60,626 nt of DNA. Source: Thiovulum sp. ES. Its GTDB lineage: Bacteria > Campylobacterota > Campylobacteria > Campylobacterales > Thiovulaceae. The first letter of the stretch is position 1; each line of letters opens with the position of its first letter. Where the stretch lies: contig AKKQ01000005.1 in NCBI GenBank assembly GCA_000276965.1, positions 1-60,626 of the forward strand, in the 5' to 3' direction. The notes under the pieces were generated by a model that was given only the letters and a program-made list of their open reading frames with translations, had not been told where the DNA came from and made no database searches. Below, in pieces: positions 9,759 through 19,117 of the stretch. The translations under genes and the position numbers were made by a program.

Positions 9759-10312
9759 ATCTAAATTATAACGAATTTTTAATAATAAAAAATAATAATA
9801 TATGAACCTGAATCTTAAACATAAAAATTAAAAAAATTGGAAGAAAATTTACATAAAAATCTATTTTCGCTTAAATATCGATTTGAACGATATTTTGAAA
9901 GGGTCTAATATAAAAAATCCCAAGTGAAACACTTTTTGATTTTTCATGTTTCTTAAATAGATAAACTAAATATTTTATTTAAGAAACTCTAAAAATTGCT
10001 TCTGAAACTTAAATTTCTAGCCTTTTTGAAATCTATTTAAGAAAACTAGATTGGTTTTTCCAAGAAATACAAAAAATTGTATTTCTACTAAAAAAATATA
10101 GGCTATAAACTGAAGTCGTATTTTCGGGAAAAAGTGTCCTAAAATATGGGGTTATACTTTTTTGATTTCGAGTTTTCTTAAAATATAATGGCAATTTTAA
10201 TATTTAAGTTTAAAAGTGATTTTTTTGAAAAATTTAAATTAGATGTTTTATAATAAAATATAAATATAAAAAAGATAGTTTGAAGATTTGAAAAAAATTC
10301 TTTGATAAGATT

Positions 10313-11095
10313 ATGTTAAAAAATACAGCAAGGGAAAAATTGAAAAAAATTTTTAATGCTTTAGGTAAATTTTATAAATGGACAACAACTTGGACAGGTG
10401 CAATTGTTGTTGTTCTTTTTATTATCTCATTCGTCGCACAATCTTTTGTAATTCCAAGTGGTTCAATGATTCGGACTCTACTTGTTGGAGATTATCTTTT
10501 TGTGAAAAAGTTTGAATACGGAATTCCAACACCTCATATACCTTGGCTAGAAATTCCAATGATTCCTGGAGTTGGACTCAAATTAGTTGATGGCGACCGA
10601 CCAAAAAGAGGAGATATTGTTGTTTTCCGAAAACCTGGACAAGAAAATGTCCATTTTGTAAAAAGATGTATTGCAACTTCAGGCGATTATGTTCAACTTA
10701 TAAATAAAAATCTTTTTGTTCGACCAGTCGAGGGAGATAAATTTATTCGAGATAATTACAGCAAAGATATGATTTTTGAAATTGATGGAAAACTTTGGGT
10801 TAGAAATCCGTATCAGAAATATTTTGGTGGAATTTGGAATGATCAAAGAGTTATTGATGATGGGACTCAACCACCGCAACTTTTTAATATAAAACCGACT
10901 CGAGTACCAGATAATAATTTTTACATGATGGGAGATAATCGAGACCACAGTAATGATAGTCGTTTTTGGGGCAGTGTTCCTTATGAAAATATTGAGGGAA
11001 CTCCATGGGCAATCTATTTTTCAATTGACGAAAACCTTACAGTTCGATGGGATAGGATGTTTAGAAGTGTAGATTCTCTGCAAAAAGAGTTTTAA
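10313..11095 (+). CDS. lepB: signal peptidase I
   Basis: N-terminal TM segment, catalytic Ser box IPSGSM, Lys box VKRCIA, and GDNRDHSNDSRFWG. Confidence 0.9.
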   Translation: MLKNTAREKLKKIFNALGKFYKWTTTWTGAIVVVLFIISFVAQSFVIPSGSMIRTLLVGDYLFVKKFEYGIPTPHIPWLEIPMIPGVGLKLVDGDRPKRGDIVVFRKPGQENVHFVKRCIATSGDYVQLINKNLFVRPVEGDKFIRDNYSKDMIFEIDGKLWVRNPYQKYFGGIWNDQRVIDDGTQPPQLFNIKPTRVPDNNFYMMGDNRDHSNDSRFWGSVPYENIEGTPWAIYFSIDENLTVRWDRMFRSVDSLQKEF

Positions 11096-11180
11096 CAATT
11101 GTTGTTCTTTTGCAACTAATTTGATTTTTATTCTAAATAAACTTATAATGCACATAAGAAAAAAGAATTAGGATATAACA

Positions 11181-11594
11181 TTGAATAAATTAGAAAACTT
11201 AGATTGTTTGAATTCACCTAAAAATATGAGTGAAAACATCAATGCAATGAACACGTTTCACAATGACAAAAACTCTTTTCCTGAATATATTCAACATATG
11301 GTTAGCCTTGCAAAATTAAAAGATCATGAAGATTTGCTTCAATTTATTGATAGCTCATTAAAGGGGAGTAAGTCGCTTGAAGATATTCACTTCATCTCCT
11401 CTTTTTTGTGGCACTGTAATTTGAAAGGAAAAGGGAAAAGCATTCCGATTACAGAGAGAAAAGCACTCAGTAATCGATTTGAAAAAATCATTATTAAAAT
11501 GGAAAACCATTCTTTAAGTAGTTCCGATGCACAAAAAGAACTTTCTGTTATGCGAGGAACTGTAAATTGTATGCTCTATTACTGCAGTAAGTGA
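11181..11594 (+). CDS. hypothetical protein
   Basis: 137-aa ORF with a non-ATG start in the track and no recognisable motif. Its 3' end overlaps the convergent ammonia-lyase gene by 16 nt. Confidence 0.35.
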   Translation: MNKLENLDCLNSPKNMSENINAMNTFHNDKNSFPEYIQHMVSLAKLKDHEDLLQFIDSSLKGSKSLEDIHFISSFLWHCNLKGKGKSIPITERKALSNRFEKIIIKMENHSLSSSDAQKELSVMRGTVNCMLYYCSK

Positions 11595-13045
11595 AGTCTG
11601 TTTTTTAAATTAAAAATGTCAGTATCAAGTGGGCGGTCTGCAAAAAGTGGTTTTGAGATTTCTCGGATTTTTGAATGGAGTTTTAAGAGAGATTTTGAAA
11701 ACCCACTTTTTCCACGAATATCAACAGCTTGAGCTAGAGAAAGCAGGGCGATTGAGATCAAATCTTCATAAAGTTCAAGTGAAGTTTTAAAATTCATTGC
11801 GGAAGTTGTTCCCATGCTTACTTTATCTTGATTTAAAGATTCTGTTGGTCGAGAAAGAGTTGAAGCGGGAGCAGAATTTCTGATAATTTCGCCACTAATT
11901 GCACTTGCTGTAATTTGCATCGCCTTGAATCCGTGGTGATGAGGTTCTTTCAACAGTTTTAAATTTTCACCCAAACCGTTATTAAATTTGTAGTCAATTA
12001 AAACAGCAAGTTCTTTATCGATGAGGTCGGCAAGATTTGCAATTGAAATTTTTAAATTATCCATGCCAATTGCGATATATCCGCCATAGAAATTACAACC
12101 ACTGTGAATTTCCTTTTTTTCTCCATCAATAATTGGATTATCATTTACGGAATTTACTTCGATTTCAATCCAATTTTTTACCATTTTGAGAGTGTCCCAA
12201 ACAGTTCCTAAAATTTGCGGAGAACATCGAAGCGAATAGCGATCTTGAATATTTTTTTCGCCATCTTTCCAACTTTCTGCTCGACAAGTTTCTAATTTTT
12301 CAGAATCCGAAAAGTAGCTTTCCATTCGTTTCGCACTCTCAATTTGTCCAAAAAACGGTTTAACTTCATGCACTTTTTCTGCAAAAGGCTCTTTTGTAGC
12401 TCCGAGAACTTCAAAAAGTCCAGATATAAATCTTTCAGTAATATTAAGAAGTTCCTCAAATTTATTAGCACTATTAAATGCAATTGCACTCATAACAGAA
12501 GTTCCATTCATAAGAGCTAAACCCTCTTTCGGTTTCAATTTATACTCTTCTAATCCGAATTTTTGCCAAAACCAAAGTCCCTGATCACTATCACCTGCAA
12601 CAAAAGAAGCCAAATAAGAGAGCGGAGTCAAATCTCCACTAGCACCAACTGAACCAATCGATGGAATTTTTGGAAATCCTCCATTTTGCAACATAAATTC
12701 GAGTCGCTCTAAAAGTTCAAAAGAGACTCCAGAAAAACCTTTTGAGAGTGAAATTAGTCGAAAAAGAACAATTAGTCGACTCTCTTCTTTTGAAAGAAGT
12801 TCACCAACTCCAACACGGTGAAATCTTGTAATATTTAATTGCAAATCCTCGAGTTGTTGAATTCCATTTTTTCCAGATTCACCAAAACCAGTATTTACAC
12901 CATAAATTGGGCGGTTTTGCATTTCCGTGTAAAGAAATTTTTGGGAACTCTCAATTCTTTTGATAAATTTATCTTCTTTGCAAAGAACAAAACTCTCTTT
13001 TTTTAAATCATCAAAAGATATTTTTTTGTCAGAAATCTCAATCAT
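11579..13045 (-). CDS. histidine/aromatic amino acid ammonia-lyase family protein (MIO enzyme)
   Basis: MIO-forming motif GSVGASGDLTPLSYLA. Family blocks NTGFG near the N-terminus and QDRYSLRC. 488 aa. Confidence 0.8.
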   Translation of the reverse strand: MIEISDKKISFDDLKKESFVLCKEDKFIKRIESSQKFLYTEMQNRPIYGVNTGFGESGKNGIQQLEDLQLNITRFHRVGVGELLSKEESRLIVLFRLISLSKGFSGVSFELLERLEFMLQNGGFPKIPSIGSVGASGDLTPLSYLASFVAGDSDQGLWFWQKFGLEEYKLKPKEGLALMNGTSVMSAIAFNSANKFEELLNITERFISGLFEVLGATKEPFAEKVHEVKPFFGQIESAKRMESYFSDSEKLETCRAESWKDGEKNIQDRYSLRCSPQILGTVWDTLKMVKNWIEIEVNSVNDNPIIDGEKKEIHSGCNFYGGYIAIGMDNLKISIANLADLIDKELAVLIDYKFNNGLGENLKLLKEPHHHGFKAMQITASAISGEIIRNSAPASTLSRPTESLNQDKVSMGTTSAMNFKTSLELYEDLISIALLSLAQAVDIRGKSGFSKSLLKLHSKIREISKPLFADRPLDTDIFNLKNRLHLLQ

Positions 13046-13347
13046 TCAAAAAGATTTACATTCCATTTTTCTACAAGTCCAGATTTATCTAAACACTGTT
13101 GCTGAAAAAATTGCACAATATATGGCATTTGACAATGAGTTTCAAAAATCTCTTTTGATTCCCAAATTTCATTAAACACAATTCCGTAGTGTTCGCCCTC
13201 AGCAAAAGGAGACTCAATTTTTCGCATAACTTTGTATTGGATACAGCCATTTTCTTCATGTGTCGAAGTTTCAAGAGCTTTTAAAATATTAAAAAGCTCG
13301 TCCTCTTTTCCCTTTTTCGCTTTAAATTCTGCGATGCAATAAACCAT
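13042..13347 (-). CDS. ABM-domain (antibiotic biosynthesis monooxygenase-like) protein
   Basis: 101-aa ferredoxin-like dimeric alpha-beta barrel pattern (IAEFKAKKGKEDEL...ENGCIQYKV...FNEIWESKEIFETH). Overlaps the ammonia-lyase start by 4 nt. Confidence 0.65.
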   Translation of the reverse strand: MVYCIAEFKAKKGKEDELFNILKALETSTHEENGCIQYKVMRKIESPFAEGEHYGIVFNEIWESKEIFETHCQMPYIVQFFQQQCLDKSGLVEKWNVNLFE

Positions 13348-13392
13348 TAATAAACCTTTTTCTATTTATCAAAAAAAAAATATCGCTGAAAA

Positions 13393-13449
13393 CCCCCACC
13401 TCAAAACGAAGTTTCTTTAGTAAAATCCGTAGAGAATTTAGGTAGTGGG
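13393..13449 (+). repeat. TnpB right-end-like structured repeat, copy 1
   Basis: cccccacctcaaaacgaagtttctttagtaaaatccgtagagaatttaggtagtggg closely matches 13910-13967. The ends can pair (cccacc / ggtagtggg). Confidence 0.5.
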
Positions 13450-13507
13450 ATGAAAACGAACTTTCTCTAAAGCGATACTTTAAATTTTTTGTATAATCGT
13501 ATCATGA

Positions 13508-13870
13508 AAAATAGTAGTTGAAGATTTGAAAACAAAAAATATGACTAAAAAAGGTGGTTCTCGGAAACGAGGATTAAATCGGTCAATTCTTCAAACTTCA
13601 TTTTATCAATTTGTCCAATTTCTGGACTACAAAATTTCAATGCTCAATGGCAAACATTTTTTGAAAGTTCCTCCACACTACACAAGCAAAACTTGTAATA
13701 AATGTGGATTTGTAAAAAGAGATTTGACATTAAAAGATCGTGTTTTTGATTGTCCAGAATGTGGATATTCCGAACATAGAGATATTAATGCTTCAAAAAA
13801 TATTTTGAAAAAAGGTCTCGAGTCTTTTGAGTTGGGAAACAGCTCTTCGACTAAAAAAAGAAAAGCTTAG
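13508..13870 (+). pseudogene. tnpB: 5'-truncated IS605-family tnpB (RuvC-II, zinc finger and RuvC-III retained)
   Basis: The frame opens just after a stop with KIVVEDLKTKNM. It continues PPHYTSKTCNKCGF...FDCPECGYSEHRDINASKNI. About 250 aa of the N-terminal TnpB body are missing. Confidence 0.75.
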
Positions 13871-13909
13871 CAAATTCCGTAAGCATTAGCGATAAGGTTA
13901 GCTAAGAAG

Positions 13910-13967
13910 CCCCCACTTCAAAACGAAGTTTCTCTAAAAAATCCGTAGAGGATTTTTAAGTGGTTGG
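13910..13967 (+). repeat. TnpB right-end / omega-RNA-like structured repeat, copy 2
   Basis: cccccacttcaaaacgaagtttctctaaaaaatccgtagaggatttttaagtggttgg lies about 40 nt downstream of the tnpB stop. That is where IS605-family guide-RNA scaffolds are encoded. Confidence 0.5.
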
Positions 13968-13971
13968 TATT

Positions 13972-15366
13972 TCACAAATTTAGTTTTATAGCTACATTAA
14001 GAAAATAGAATATTCCCAAAAGAGGAAAAAGTAGAAAGAGTAGTTTTGATTTTAGAATCTTTCTGAAACGATTCCAGCCAAACTCATGAACAGTAAAAAT
14101 AAAAAGAGCAAAACTGCTAATAGTTGTTGAAAAAGCGAGACCAGAAGCTCCAAAATCCTCTAAAAGAGCTAGAGCGACAACAATTTTTATAAAAAGTGAG
14201 TAGGTAGCAATTTTTGCACTCTTTCCAATTTTCTCTTTTGCATACAACCAGAGTGAAAAAAGTTTTGCGACTCCGAAAATTGCTAGACCAAAAAGATAAA
14301 AAGTGAGAACTTTAGCCGTTTCAATTCGATCAATTTCTGAAAATTCACCCCGTTCAAAAAGCAGAGAAACAATCTCTTCACTCCAAACAATTCCAACAAG
14401 TGTTGCACTTGAAAGCAAATAAGCTAGTAGCCAAAAAGCTTTTTTCAGAATCTCCTCCGCTTTACTTTCGCCAGAGACATCTTTTAAATATTTTGCGACT
14501 TTTGGAAAAATTGCCATTGTGATTGCAATTCCAAAAATTGCCAACGGAAATTGAAAAACACGATTTGCAAAATAGAGATATGAGATAGAACCAGTTATTA
14601 AAAAAGAGGCGAGAAGTGTGTCAAGAAAAGATGAGATTTGAGCAGTTGCACCGCCCCAAATTGCTAATGAAAATTTTGTAAAAAAGTTTTGTGAATCGTC
14701 GGCGACCTCATCGAATCTCTTCCATTTACTAAATCCACCAAAAGCTACACGATTTAATTTGAGAAAGAGTATTGCAAAAACATGTGAAATCACTTGTAAA
14801 ATTCCGCCGAGAACAACTGCAAATGAGAGTAGATAAACTATTTTTTCATCACTCATTCCGTTTCCAATCATCAGTGCTAAAATCATTGAAATATTTAAAA
14901 GTGCGGTCGAAAATGATGTTGTTGCAAAATGCTCTCTGTAATGTAAAATCGCTGATAAAAATGTTACCGTGAAAATAGCGATGAGGTACAGAAAGTTTAT
15001 CTTTACAAAGATTGTTGCTTTCTCTATATTTTCATCTGAAAAACCTGTCGCTATCATTTTTGTAACTTCGCTGTCAAAAATAAAAACGAGAACTGTCAAA
15101 AAACCTACTGCGGAAATCAACTTTAAAAATATGGATGCTGAAAAGAGTATTTTTTTTCGACTCCGCACAAACGATGGAATAAATGCTTGAGAAAATGCTC
15201 CCTCTCCAAAAATCCGCCTAAATAGATTTGGCAATTGAAAAGCGACAAAAAATATATCCGTATAAATACTAACTCCGAGTGTCGAAGCCATAAACATATC
15301 TCGAATTAGTCCAAAAATTCTGCTTACCAAAATTCCTGAACTGTTGCTAAAAATTGATTTAAACAA
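13972..15366 (-). CDS. murJ: lipid II flippase MurJ (MviN)
   Basis: N-terminus SGILVSRIFGLIRDMFMASTLG...FFVAFQLPNLFRRIFGEGAFSQAFIP. Polytopic, 464 aa. Confidence 0.9.
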   Translation of the reverse strand: MFKSIFSNSSGILVSRIFGLIRDMFMASTLGVSIYTDIFFVAFQLPNLFRRIFGEGAFSQAFIPSFVRSRKKILFSASIFLKLISAVGFLTVLVFIFDSEVTKMIATGFSDENIEKATIFVKINFLYLIAIFTVTFLSAILHYREHFATTSFSTALLNISMILALMIGNGMSDEKIVYLLSFAVVLGGILQVISHVFAILFLKLNRVAFGGFSKWKRFDEVADDSQNFFTKFSLAIWGGATAQISSFLDTLLASFLITGSISYLYFANRVFQFPLAIFGIAITMAIFPKVAKYLKDVSGESKAEEILKKAFWLLAYLLSSATLVGIVWSEEIVSLLFERGEFSEIDRIETAKVLTFYLFGLAIFGVAKLFSLWLYAKEKIGKSAKIATYSLFIKIVVALALLEDFGASGLAFSTTISSFALFIFTVHEFGWNRFRKILKSKLLFLLFPLLGIFYFLNVAIKLNL

Positions 15367-15460
15367 AAAATATCCTAAAATAAAATAAAATACAATTATT
15401 ATAGTTTTTTAATTTAAATCTTTTGGAGTTTTCCCGTAAAAGGGAAAATTTTAGACTGTT

Positions 15461-17368
15461 TTAACTAATTGGAGTTCCAATTTTTCGCGGTTTTTCTGGA
15501 CGAATTAGTGAAAGTCCATTTTCATCTTTTCCAGCAAGAACCATTCCTTCAGACATGTGTCCCATCAATTTAGCAGGTTTGAGATTTGCAACTACACAAA
15601 CTTGAGTGTTTAAAAGTTCCTCTTTTTTGTAGTATTTACGAATTCCTGCAAGAATTTGTCGTGGTCGCTCTTCACCTAAATCAACTCTCATTTTATAAAG
15701 CTTGTCGCTTTTTGGCAACTCTTCAACTTCAATGATTTCACCGATCTTGATTTTTGTCTCAAAGAATTTATCAATTGTGATAACACCCTCAATTTTCAAC
15801 TCTTTCGGTTTCTCCTCTTTTTTCTCTTCCTGTTTCATTTTAGGTTTATCAACTCTTGGGAAAAGTGCAGAAACTTTTTGGATTTTAAATTCTGTTCGCA
15901 CATCTTTTTCAGTGATGATTTTTTTATAACTTTCAGCAGAAATTTCAACATTTAGAGCTTTTGCCATCTCTTCACCACTTTTTGGCATGATTGGATAAAT
16001 CAGGAGAGAAACACGAGAAAGAAGATTTGAGATGAAAACAAGTAGCGACTCGACCTCATCGGGATTTGTTTTGATTTTTGCCCAAGGTTCACTTTTTTGA
16101 ATAGCACCATTTCCAATTGCAAGAATTTCCCAAATATCTTCTAAATATCGGTGAATTTGCATTTTAAAAATATGCTTTTCAAGTCCGCTGATGATTTCAT
16201 CAACTTTCGCTAATTGGCTTTCAAACTCCCCTAAACTTGCGGAAAATTTGAGTAAAAAATATTTGTCTCCCATTCCAATTAAACGGTTTAAAAGATTTCC
16301 AAGTGAATTTCCTAAATCTCCATTGATACGATTAATAAGAGCTTTTTCAGAAAAATCCCCATCTTGACCAAACGGAACTTCACGAAGTAAAAAATATCTG
16401 AAAGTATCAATTCCGTAAGCATCAACAACTTCTCGAGGTTTTACGATATTTCCGACAGATTTGCTCATTTTTTGTCCATCTCGAGTCCACCAACCGTGTG
16501 CCGAAATATGATGAGGTAGAGGTAAATCCAAACTCATTAAAAATGCGGGCCAATAAATTGCATGGAATCTTAAAATATCTTTTCCAACAATATGAGTTTT
16601 TGCCGACCAAAAATCCATATTTTTTTCATCGTCGCCATAACCAAGTGCTGTAATATAATTTAGAAGTGCATCCAGCCAAACATACATAACATGATGAGGT
16701 TCGTTCATCGATTCTGGCAATTTAACACCCCAATCAAAACTTGTTCGCGAAATTGATAAATCCTTTAAACCACCCTGAACAAAAGAGATAATTTCATTTC
16801 TTTTTGAAGTTGGCAAAATAAATTCTGGATTTTTTTCGTAAAGTTCCAAAAGCTTATCTTCATAATTTGAGAGTCTGAAAAAGTAGCTCTCTTCTTCAAT
16901 TACTTTTGTCTCTTTTCCGCAATCTGGACAAGAATTTTCCCCAATCAGTTGTGTGTTTGTAAAAAAGCTCTCACATGAAATACAGTAATTTCCGCTATAT
17001 GAACCTTTGTAAATATCACCTTTTTGAAACATTTTCTCAAAAGCGATTTGAACACCTTTTTTGTGATAGTCGTCTGTGGTTCTTATAAAATGGTCATATT
17101 TGATTCCAAAATCATCCCAAAGTTGCTTAAATTTTCCAGAAATTTCGTCTGCATACTCTTTAGGGGTTCGACCTCGTTTTTTTGCACTCTCTTCAATTTT
17201 CTGACCGTGTTCGTCTGTTCCAGTTAGCAAAAAAGTTTCGTATCCGAGAAGTTTTGAATACCGAGAAACGGCATCCGCAATTATTGTTGTGTAGGCATGT
17301 CCGATATGTGCTTCATCATTCACATAGTAAATCGGAGTAGTTATATAAATTTTATTACAAGATGACAA
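15461..17368 (-). CDS. metG: methionine--tRNA ligase with C-terminal tRNA-binding (Trbp111-like) domain
   Basis: HIGH motif (AHIGHAY), KMSKS, a zinc knuckle CISCE...CPDCG, and a C-terminal OB-fold block KIGEIIEVEELPKSDKLYKMRVDLG. Confidence 0.95.
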   Translation of the reverse strand: MSSCNKIYITTPIYYVNDEAHIGHAYTTIIADAVSRYSKLLGYETFLLTGTDEHGQKIEESAKKRGRTPKEYADEISGKFKQLWDDFGIKYDHFIRTTDDYHKKGVQIAFEKMFQKGDIYKGSYSGNYCISCESFFTNTQLIGENSCPDCGKETKVIEEESYFFRLSNYEDKLLELYEKNPEFILPTSKRNEIISFVQGGLKDLSISRTSFDWGVKLPESMNEPHHVMYVWLDALLNYITALGYGDDEKNMDFWSAKTHIVGKDILRFHAIYWPAFLMSLDLPLPHHISAHGWWTRDGQKMSKSVGNIVKPREVVDAYGIDTFRYFLLREVPFGQDGDFSEKALINRINGDLGNSLGNLLNRLIGMGDKYFLLKFSASLGEFESQLAKVDEIISGLEKHIFKMQIHRYLEDIWEILAIGNGAIQKSEPWAKIKTNPDEVESLLVFISNLLSRVSLLIYPIMPKSGEEMAKALNVEISAESYKKIITEKDVRTEFKIQKVSALFPRVDKPKMKQEEKKEEKPKELKIEGVITIDKFFETKIKIGEIIEVEELPKSDKLYKMRVDLGEERPRQILAGIRKYYKKEELLNTQVCVVANLKPAKLMGHMSEGMVLAGKDENGLSLIRPEKPRKIGTPIS

Positions 17369-17494
17369 ATTCTAACTCCAAAGTTTTAAATCTATCAAAT
17401 TTTAACACAAACTTAAATTAATTTTAAGTTAAATATCAATATTTAGAAATTAGATTTTTTTGAAAATCCGCCTTAAAAAAGCGGAGATAGGTTA

Positions 17495-19117
17495 CTATTT
17501 TATAGAGAATGTTGAGAATATTTTGTTTTCTTTTATTTGTTTAGAAGTCGAAAGAAGCTCTTTTCCGTCGTGGTGAATTTTGATAATTCTGTTTTCGTCA
17601 AATTCCCAATCAAGCTGAATCGACTCATCTTTGTTGTAAAATTTATCAAGAGTGATAAATGCACCATCAATTTCTCGTAATTTGTGCTGATCTTTTGCAT
17701 CAACTCCGTAATAGAGAAAAATATCTGCTCGTTTTGTAGTTTCACTAAATTTAAAATTGTAAGTTCCAGTTTCGGGAGCTTTGACATCATGCGGAATCAA
17801 TTTCTCAAATCTTCTACCATTTCGGATAAAAATCGAGTCGCTCATGACATCGGTAATTTTGATTTTTTTCAATTTGTGATTATTAAAATTGTAGCTATGA
17901 ATTGAAGCACCTTTTGAAACTGCTTCTCGTTCAGTAAAATCAACAATCTTAGTTGTATTGCCGAAAAATTTACGAAGAGTCTCTTCAACAAGATAGAATT
18001 TACCAGAACCACCAGTAAGAATCACCATATCAATATCATCTTTTTGCAACTTTGACTTTTTGAGAGTATTGATAAGTGGCTGAAGAAGTTTCCCATTATT
18101 CGCGATGAGGTCGGATAAAATTTCTCGTAAGTTTTGATCATTCAGAGTCAAATCACGAATTGAGAGACCATCGATAATTTCAAAATTTACTGTTTCTCTT
18201 TTTCTCTGTTTTAATTTTGGATTCTCTGTGCTTGAAATCTTTTTTGAGAGTGAAACTTTGTGTCTTTCTGCATGAGAAACAATTCTTGAAACAATCACAG
18301 CTTGTTCTTCTGGAGTTCTAGCAGAAATAGACGGATTTATTTTTTCAAACTCTTCTAAGAAATAAGAGGCAATTCTTTTATCAATATCATCTCCACCAAA
18401 ATCCATTCGTTCTGAACGACCAAGAATTGAAATATCAAAATCGTCATCATCTAACAAGATGTTTGCAATCGAAATATCTAGTGTTCCTCCGCCAATATCA
18501 TAAACAAGGACTTTTCGGTTTTTATCAAAAAATTCATCTCCAAACTCAAAAGAGTTTTCAGAATTCAAAAAATACAATAAAACAGCTGTCGGTTCATCAA
18601 GCAAATTTACATGCTGAAAACCTGCAAGATGTCCAGCTTCAATTGTAGCTCGTCTCTCATCACTATTAAATCCAGCAGGAATTGTAATCGTAACAGCTTC
18701 AAAGTCGTCTGAACCGAGTTGTTGTTTTACAGAATCTCTTATTTGTTTCAAAAGAATTGAAGAGAGTTCAGTCATATCAAAAGATATTTTGTCATTTTTA
18801 TCATTTTGAAGAGGAACATCAATTTCGGATTCTCCACCAATTCGAGTCTTTACAGAACGAATAGTTTGGAGGGGCTTATGCCCGTCGCTGTAAATCTTTT
18901 TTGCAAACTCACCAACATAAATTGTCTCTGTTTCTCGATTGATGTAAATGCTTGATTGCAAACCATTCATATTTGTTACAGAGTTATGGCTAGAGTCGTG
19001 CTGGAAAATATTGAGACTTCTTAGTTTTTCCATTGGATTATCTCTCCGTCCAGAAATCTCAACAACTGATACAGTGCTTTCCGTAGTTCCTAAATCAATC
19101 CCAATACTATTTCCCAT
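17495..19117 (-). CDS. Hsp70-family ATPase paralog 4 (NBD plus beta-rich C-terminus, no helical lid)
   Basis: Phosphate-1 GIDLGTTEST, connect LDEPTAVLLYF, phosphate-2 VYDIGGGTLDIS. The adenosine motif is degenerate (LTGGSGKFYLV). The start overlaps the upstream gene by 11 nt. Confidence 0.8.
   Translation of the reverse strand: MGNSIGIDLGTTESTVSVVEISGRRDNPMEKLRSLNIFQHDSSHNSVTNMNGLQSSIYINRETETIYVGEFAKKIYSDGHKPLQTIRSVKTRIGGESEIDVPLQNDKNDKISFDMTELSSILLKQIRDSVKQQLGSDDFEAVTITIPAGFNSDERRATIEAGHLAGFQHVNLLDEPTAVLLYFLNSENSFEFGDEFFDKNRKVLVYDIGGGTLDISIANILLDDDDFDISILGRSERMDFGGDDIDKRIASYFLEEFEKINPSISARTPEEQAVIVSRIVSHAERHKVSLSKKISSTENPKLKQRKRETVNFEIIDGLSIRDLTLNDQNLREILSDLIANNGKLLQPLINTLKKSKLQKDDIDMVILTGGSGKFYLVEETLRKFFGNTTKIVDFTEREAVSKGASIHSYNFNNHKLKKIKITDVMSDSIFIRNGRRFEKLIPHDVKAPETGTYNFKFSETTKRADIFLYYGVDAKDQHKLREIDGAFITLDKFYNKDESIQLDWEFDENRIIKIHHDGKELLSTSKQIKENKIFSTFSIK

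Noticed and set aside
15429-15452. ttttccc-gtaaaa-gggaaaa hairpin plus T-run between murJ and metG as an intrinsic terminator
   Set aside because: The U-run follows the stem only on the plus strand, where no gene ends. On the minus strand (the metG transcript) the stem is followed by CUCC. Its function is uncertain, so I did not list it as a feature.
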